A stretch of DNA of 31,438 nucleotides, from assembly GCA_002245135.1 (NCBI GenBank), contig NGBS01000008.1, positions 186,001-217,438 on the forward strand, given 5' to 3'. Below the pieces are notes generated by a model, which was given only the letters and a program-made list of their open reading frames with translations, was not told the origin of the DNA and did no database searches. Position numbers and translations under genes: made by a program. This DNA comes from Proteromonas lacertae. Its lineage: Eukaryota. Of the stretch, positions 24,742 to 31,438 are shown piece by piece (position 1 is the first letter of the stretch; each line of letters starts with the position of its first letter).

Positions 24742-26754
24742 ATGTCAGCTGATAAACAAGTGAGATTTAGTTGTGGTATCGATTTAGGAACTACTTTTTC
24801 ATGTATTGCTGTTGGAAGAGAAATAAGTGATAAAGATAATAGACTAATCGTCGATGTTATTGATAACAATGGTAAAACAACCACTCCATCATGGGTAGGG
24901 TTTAAAGGAGATAAAATGAGTGTAGGACTTTTAGCTAAGAATCAAGCATCGTCAAACAGAAAGAACACAATATATGATGCTAAGAGGATAATTGGACATA
25001 AGATAGATGATGAATCAGTCCAAAAAGATCTGAAAAGTTGGCCATTTAAAGTAGTTGACGATGGAAATAAAAATCCATTATTTGAAGTAGAATATCAATC
25101 AAAAATCCAAAGATTTACACCTCAACAAATATCTAGTTTCATATTAAAGAATATAGTTGATATGGCATTACCAAAAGTGTTAGGTAATTATGATGAAAAT
25201 ATAACAAAAAATGTAATTATTACTATTCCAGCATATTTCACAGATGCTCAAAGAAGAGCAACAATAGAAGCTGGAACATTAGCAGGATTAAATGTATTAA
25301 GAGTAATAAACGAGCCTACTGCTGCTGCCATCGCTTATGGTTATAATAACAAGAAAGAGAATAGAACAATCTTAGTGTATGATTTTGGTGGTGGTACTTT
25401 TGATGTTTCAATTATTAAAGTAGTAGGTAATGAAGTAACAGTTCTTGCTACAGATGGAAACGACCATTTGGGTGGTGAAGATATAACAAACAGACTGGTA
25501 GAATTCTTCTGCCATGAGATTGGAATTGATATTGAATCAAAATCACAGTTAATACCAAGAATAAAAGCAGCTTGTGATAATGCAAAGATATTGCTAAGTT
25601 CAACAAATGATAGTGATATATTTGTTGATGTTGAAGATGATACAAAAAGTTTAACAGTCTCAAGAGCTAAATTGGATGATATATGTAAAGATTTGTATAA
25701 TAAAACAATCGAAATTGTTGAAAGAGCATTACAAAGTAAAAGCATATCAAAGAAAGATATTGATGATGTTGTATTAGTTGGTGGAAGTAGTAGAATTCCA
25801 ATGATAGAAGAATTATTAAGAAAATGCTTTCCAGGTAAGAATATAAATAAAGATATAAATCCAGATGAAGCTGTAGCAACAGGTGCAGCATTATTAGCAG
25901 CTGATTTAATAAAAGGAACATATGAACATAGCTTTAGTAATGGAGCAAAAGCGATTGTTGATATAAAAAATGATGAGATATTAGGGACAATTACAAATAT
26001 AAAACCACCAAAAGATGAAATTAATGAAGAAATGAATGGAACAATCACTGTAAAAAATGGTAGTATGAAATATTCATCCAATGGTGATAGAATCACAACA
26101 AAAAGAACATTTAAAAGTAATAAATCAACAATAAATGAAAGATTACCATCTCCAATACCATTATCAATTGTTGAAGAAGAATATCCAATTGAATCATTTA
26201 CAGAATCATTTACAGCAACTACATCAAAAAGCACGTTTAAATGTGAGAAATCAGTATTGCAGCAACCACCACCACCACCTCCTCCTCATTCTTCAGATCA
26301 AACAATACCATTAGTTACAGAAGATAAACATCAATCTGAGACATTAACAGTTACTGGCTTTAAAGAACCTATTAAACCTGCTACATCTGCAACATTAGTA
26401 GTTAAAGATGTATTGTCACATTCAATTGGTGTTAATATGCATGGTGATATGTTAAGTGTGATTTTAGAAAAAAATCTCAGTATTCCTTGTAAAAAGGAGA
26501 AAAGTAATTATAGACCATCTCGTGATGGACAAAGTAAAATGGTATTAAAGCTTCTAGAAGGTGAAGATCCTGTTGCTTCTCATAATAAAATCATTAGAAC
26601 TTATACTATTGACGGTTTACCTACAGATAAAAAATGGAGTGATTTTAATTTCACATATACGATGAACCTCAATGAAAATGGTATATTGACATTCTCTTAT
26701 AAAGAAGCTTCAAACCTTGTTCCTGAAGGAACATTAGCGGTAGATAACATATAA
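24742..26754 (+). CDS. Atypical Hsp70: complete ATPase domain, ~160-aa insertion, divergent SBD-beta, no lid or EEVD; intronless
   Basis: GIDLGTT, DAKRIIG, TIPAYF, INEPTAAAIAYG, DFGGGTFDVS, HLGGED, LVGGSSRIP, NPDEAVATGAA; linker LVVKDVLSHSIG; stops shortly after LNENGILTF. Confidence 0.92.
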   Translation: MSADKQVRFSCGIDLGTTFSCIAVGREISDKDNRLIVDVIDNNGKTTTPSWVGFKGDKMSVGLLAKNQASSNRKNTIYDAKRIIGHKIDDESVQKDLKSWPFKVVDDGNKNPLFEVEYQSKIQRFTPQQISSFILKNIVDMALPKVLGNYDENITKNVIITIPAYFTDAQRRATIEAGTLAGLNVLRVINEPTAAAIAYGYNNKKENRTILVYDFGGGTFDVSIIKVVGNEVTVLATDGNDHLGGEDITNRLVEFFCHEIGIDIESKSQLIPRIKAACDNAKILLSSTNDSDIFVDVEDDTKSLTVSRAKLDDICKDLYNKTIEIVERALQSKSISKKDIDDVVLVGGSSRIPMIEELLRKCFPGKNINKDINPDEAVATGAALLAADLIKGTYEHSFSNGAKAIVDIKNDEILGTITNIKPPKDEINEEMNGTITVKNGSMKYSSNGDRITTKRTFKSNKSTINERLPSPIPLSIVEEEYPIESFTESFTATTSKSTFKCEKSVLQQPPPPPPPHSSDQTIPLVTEDKHQSETLTVTGFKEPIKPATSATLVVKDVLSHSIGVNMHGDMLSVILEKNLSIPCKKEKSNYRPSRDGQSKMVLKLLEGEDPVASHNKIIRTYTIDGLPTDKKWSDFNFTYTMNLNENGILTFSYKEASNLVPEGTLAVDNI

Positions 26755-26847
26755 TATGTAACTTAATATTGCTTTTATGTTTTAATGATAAAAAAACATC
26801 AAAAAATAAGATATAGGCTTGATTCCTAAGAATTCAAACTAATTTAA

Positions 26848-27687
26848 ATGCCTTTAAAATTAAGCAAATAGAGATTACTAATTTAGATATTTCGTATTTT
26901 ATTTATTGGATAAGCATTTATTTTACTAGATTTGATGCTCAGATAGACGAAAAGCTCTTTATTACACTATTTCAAGAATTATTAAATCAAACACTCTATT
27001 TAAACCAACAAATATCATTGTATTTGTTATTTTGTTATAATATAGACCAGTTGTAGAAATAAGTCCTTATATTGAGAATTTAAAGCTATCTGATGTAGGT
27101 GTAAAGTATTATATTCCATATAACTCTAATCTTCAACAGAAAGTTAAGACATGGAGGTTTAAAGAATGCTTCAAGGTTTAGTGAGGATTTACAGAAATTA
27201 GGTGATTTCCTTTCAAAATTTTCATTTCCTACCAATATTCGAGAAGGTTTAATTATAATAGGAGGAAATATTATGTATCCATACTCCTTTATTCATATTA
27301 TTGATTTACCTTGTGATTGTCACAAAGATAAACCAATTACAGATAGTGTATCATTTATTAAATATTTATTATATAATATAATAGATAAGATCAGCTTGTG
27401 TAAGGAAGTCAATTAGAGAATATATAACTCAAAGTTCTACTCTGTTCACAAAAACATTTTCAGTAAAACCAATTCACATATTACTATTAGGTGAGAGGAA
27501 TAAAATATACCCAGGATTCTTGCCAAAACCGTTATTTTCGATAAAGAAAATAAATATGAAAAAATCAGGTAAAACTATTATTAACATGCATTGTAGTAAT
27601 ACAGAAGGTAATATGGCGAATTCTATAGAAAATAGTGATTATATTTGGTATGAATGTGTTGTAAAACCAAAAGGTTTTAAAGGATGA
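26848..27687 (+). CDS. MAD2L1BP: p31comet (MAD2L1-binding protein) homolog; 4 introns, probable 1-nt deletion just after ATG
   Basis: Not in ORF track. Spliced ELLNQTLYLNQQISLP, LIIIGGNIMYP, SACVRKSIREYI, FLPKPLF and C-terminal DYIWYECVVKPKGFKG* parallel human p31comet as recalled (LILLGGNALSP, AACLRRLFRAIF, FRPKLNY, DYIWFQAPVTFKGF). Confidence 0.8.
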
Positions 27688-27768
27688 GATATAAGTGTGT
27701 ATGTATATAAGTATATCTAGTTATTTTATGATTGTATTGAATGTTTTTGTTCTGTTCCAAATTTTAAT

Positions 27769-27785
27769 AAATGTATATTCGTTTC
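27769..27785 (-). promoter_or_regulatory. Intergenic motif copy GAAACGAATATACATTT
   Basis: About 40 nt upstream of the PH-gene ATG. Confidence 0.5.
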
Positions 27786-27826
27786 ATTTGATAAAAACTT
27801 GATTTGAGAAAGATATTTTTTCTAAA

Positions 27827-29640
27827 ATGTCTGATGAAATCTATTGTCCAGTTAGTTCATTATATTCACCACAAATGTATCACAAATCTTGATCTATTTT
27901 CAAAATAGCATGGGTTATCTCAACATGAAAGGTGATAAAATCAAAAAGTGGACTCAGATGTATATAGTATTCAAGAATAGCATTTTGTACTATTACAATA
28001 ATAATACTGCCAAAGAACCAAAGGTATTATTGGCTTAGATGATGCATCTATTGGAGTATTTGCATTTAAAATAATATAATAATAGGCTTCAGGGACAGTC
28101 GAAGGTCGTGATCATGTTTTTGAAGTCATAACTCGAACAGGAAGAGGATTCTATTTCCAGCCACAGAGTGCAGCTGAACAGAATGAGTGGGTTCGTGCAT
28201 TGAATAACCAATCTTATACTGCAATTAATAGGCAAGTAGAGGAGTTAGACAACGGATTAAAACAATTAGCTTTAGATCAAGCCATGACAGCTGAGCAAAG
28301 TATGAAAGACAAAGAGCATATCAAACATTGGAGAATTCATTATCAGCTTACAAAAATGCAGCTCCTGTCATACGTATTGTTGAATTACAAAAGATATTAT
28401 GAAAAGAGTGATGATAAGATCATTTCACGCTTGGTTAAACAATGTTGATGTAATAACAACCAATAAAATAATAGATGAAATAAATGAAGAACATCAACAA
28501 CAACAGAATGAATTACAATCGGAGATACAGAATAAAGTGGAAGAAATGCAAAAATTGAATGAAAATCATAAATCAGAATTAGATGAAATGGAAAAATCTT
28601 TTAATAGTTTTAAACAAGAAATGGAAGATAAACAAAAAGAAGAAATAAATCAATTGGAGTTGAAGTATAAAATGCAAATAGAAGAAGAGAAGATAAGCTC
28701 AAAACAAAGTATATTTCATTATTATATTGTTTTATTTAGAATTAAATGAGATGGGATTAATATTATTGAATAGAATGGCATTATCTATAAATCAAAACAA
28801 CTAGTTAGATATTTTGAAAAATGGAATTTTATCACTCACATTCCAAGATATCATGTAGAAATATCCAAAACTGAAAGAATGTGTTACTTCAATAGAAAAT
28901 CTATATAAAGAGAAATGAATGAAATAATAAAGAATAGAGATGAGATAATAGATTCAGTGATAAATTCATATGATGAAACTATAGATGAAGTATATATTAT
29001 TATTATTATTAATTTTTTATTATATTATATTATAGTTAAAAAAACACTGTGAAATATCAATTCAGACAGCATTAGCATCAACTAATGCAGCAAAGCAATT
29101 ACTAAAGACTTCTGATAATAATAATAATAATAATAACGCTGATTGTATTTCTTTAGACAAGATTAATGAAGATTAATAAAAATAAATGAATATTATAATA
29201 ATCATAATCCCAATAATATTCCAATAGATGCAATTGTATGAACAAATCATGTATTTTATTATAATATATATATATATATAGACATTGGAGAATGAGATTA
29301 AGAGATTGTCTAATACTGTTGAAGAGAAAGATCAAAATATAAACCAATCAAAGATTAATGAAATCGATAATAAAAAGGATGAAGAAATAATGAATCTAAA
29401 AGTATTTATTTATTTATTATTATTATTATTATAAAATAGAATGAATTAAATAAAATAAAACTGAAGATCATGTGAATGAATCATTAAAGAAAGAATTGGA
29501 ACAAATGAAACAGAAATTTGATGAAATGGTGAATGATTCAGTAGAAATTAGAAAGAAATTAGAAACAGTATTAATATGTAATAGTGATTTTATTGTTATA
29601 GGCTGAGAATAAACTCAAATTAGTTGAAAATCCACAATAA
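27827..29640 (+). CDS. PH-domain protein with long coiled-coil C-terminus; multiple introns and some indels
   Basis: MGYLNMKGDKIKKWTQMYIVFKNSILYYY...EPK(G)IIGL...HVFEVITRTGRGFYFQPQSAAEQNEWVRAL. Confidence 0.8.
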
Positions 29641-29722
29641 ATGTATTATTTAATTAAATTGTTTATGATATATTCATGAATAAACACATATATGTAAAAA
29701 TAAAAGCATATCTCAATAGTAA

Positions 29723-30928
29723 TTACTCAATTTTCAACTTCCAACTCAATTTTTCTCCAAATTTAATAGGAACTACAACAGAATCACCAAATTCATATTC
29801 TTTCGGTATTCTACAATATATTATTAAACAAATATACAATTCTTCCTCTTTCTCTAATATTACTTTTCCTCCATTTCTTGGAAAGCCATAAAAATCAGCT
29901 CCATTCTCACTATTCATTAATATTATTACATTTAACATCAAATGATGTATATATATATATTAATACCAAGCAAATTTCTTAAAATTCTCAATACAACCAG
30001 CTTCTTCAAATGCCATCATATATAATTCTAATGCATGTGGCATAGTGAAACAACCTGCACATCCTGAAGGACACTCCTTCTTTCCTTTAGGATGTGGAGC
30101 ACTATCTGTCCCTAAGAAGAATTTATTACTTCCACTTCTAATTGCTTGAAGTAATGCCTATATGTATAATAATAACTATACTTGTCGATGTTTTTCTTTC
30201 TTTAAAATAGGTAAACAATAATAATGAGGTTTAACTCCACCAACTAACAATGAATTTCTATTAAATAATAAATGTTGAGGAGTAATAGTAGCAGCAACGT
30301 TAGGACCAGTGGACATTATAAAATCTACAGCATTTTTGGTTGTTATATGTTCCATGACTATTTTAAGTTTTGGATGGTCTTGGATTAAAGGAATTAATAT
30401 TTGTTTTATGAATTCTTTTTCTCTATCGAAGATATCAATTGAAGGATCTGGTATTTCACTGTGAATACAAAGAGGCATTGATAATTCACTCATTTTTTGT
30501 AATGCTGGATATACTTTCTTTATATCTGTTACACCACTAGCTGAGTTGGTTGTTGCTCCAGCTGGATAATACTTACAAGCAAAAACTTGTCCACTTTCTT
30601 TGGCTTTTACTATTTCTTCTGGCGATGTTGTGTCTGTTAAATATAATGTCATTAGGAATTGAGTATTGGTTTTTGGATTACAAGCTTTTAATATTCTCTT
30701 TTGATAATCTAAAGCCATTTCAGTTGTTGTAATTGGTGGAATAAGGTTGGGCATTACCAATACTCTACCATAAACTAAAGGAATCTTTGAAACGAGAGAT
30801 CTATGTTGTTAAAATTGAAAAAATCATACTCCATGTTACTTCCATCACGAAGATGCAAATGAAGTCATCTGGTATTGTATCTCAACTACTTTATTAAACA
30901 TTGCAACAAATCTTTCAAGCTTTTGCAT
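29723..30928 (-). CDS. pyrC: Dihydroorotase, standalone type II (E. coli PyrC/yeast Ura4-like); introns and indels near the 5' end
   Basis: HLHLRDG, MPNLIPP, KYYPAGATTNS, MEHITT, ATITPQHL, YCLPILK, FFLGTDSAPH, SENGADFYG. Confidence 0.93.
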
Positions 30929-30970
30929 GTAACGGATATTGTTTTTAGAATAAATCTGTTTTTTTAAAAT

Positions 30971-31438
30971 ATGGAGACAACTGATGCACCTCAGATCATA
31001 GAACATATCAATCAATCTGTAAATTTCACACCTTATACTACTAAATGGATTCCATGCTCTGCTAAGTTTGTTGCACTTGGTATTAAGCCAAGAGGTACTG
31101 GAGCAATAATATTATGATTACAAAAAGGTGAAGCAAAATGTATAAAAGAGGTATATTAATTTGTATTATGAGTGTAGATTGAAAGACCAAATGGTATAAA
31201 ATGTGGAACTTTTGATGCTTCCTCTCTTGAAGATCGTTATTTAGCAACTGGAGATTATAAAGGTTATTTAAGCATATAGTATAGACAAAATCATGTTTTT
31301 CTAATATATCTAGTGATCTTGATAATCCAGAAGTACCAGTATTCAATCAAAAAGGTCATTCTACAATAATTAATGCAATAGATGGATGTTCAGGCTCAAA
31401 TATCGATGTGGTGCTCCAGAAATAGCTACTGCTTCCAG
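30971..31438 (+). CDS. WDR92: WDR92/DNAAF10 (Monad) WD40 protein, 3' truncated by window end, with indels
   Basis: Not in ORF track. [43 protein letters not shown]...[21 protein letters not shown]...[11 protein letters not shown]...GAPEIATAS, matching the WDR92 N-terminus as recalled. Confidence 0.88.

Noticed and set aside
17187..26234. Antisense ORFs (e.g. 19543+, 20555+, 21110+, 22147+, 25341-)
   Set aside because: F/S/I/L-rich shadows of E/K/N-rich or Hsp70 coding strands
29723..30928. Bacterial-like dihydroorotase as recent lateral transfer
   Set aside because: Standalone type II enzymes are widespread in plants, fungi and SAR protists; the gene has host-type introns and composition
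31100..31130. In-frame TGA in WDR92 (and stops in the EGF, BTB and kinase genes) as genetic-code reassignment or recoding
   Set aside because: Each coincides with clustered single-base deletions; TGA and TAA end conserved genes at expected positions, Trp is TGG, and clean genes (Hsp70, AOX, Rad6) have no internal stops

Overview
Very AT-rich, gene-dense eukaryotic (protist) nuclear DNA. It holds about 18 protein genes, split by tiny GT(AT)...(T)AG introns, mostly 25-38 nt, with intergenic gaps of only about 40-270 bp. Intron size, GT-rich elements near 3' ends, an alternative oxidase and a stramenopile mastigoneme-like gene suggest a low-GC Blastocystis-like/Opalinata stramenopile; this is inference, not proven. 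Manual splicing gives: choline/ethanolamine kinase, SLC25A51-like carrier, hypothetical protein, ZNF511-like, Rad6/UBE2A E2, RS-domain cyclophilin, EGF-repeat mastigoneme-like protein, BTB-like protein, coiled-coil protein, AOX, pseudokinase-LRR, a giant repetitive coiled-coil gene with a short tandem paralog, an atypical Hsp70, p31comet, a PH/coiled-coil protein, dihydroorotase and WDR92. Several of these are absent from the ORF track. Patches of single-base indels and one poly-T tract look like long-read assembly errors. Most notable: a recurring intergenic motif GAAACGRNTWTAYWTT (6 copies); an AOX with intact di-iron ligands but a remodelled quinol pocket; flagellum-linked genes (mastigoneme-like, WDR92) in a possibly aflagellate lineage; and a lidless Hsp70 with a ~160-aa linker insertion. 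All homology calls are from remembered motifs, with no database search.
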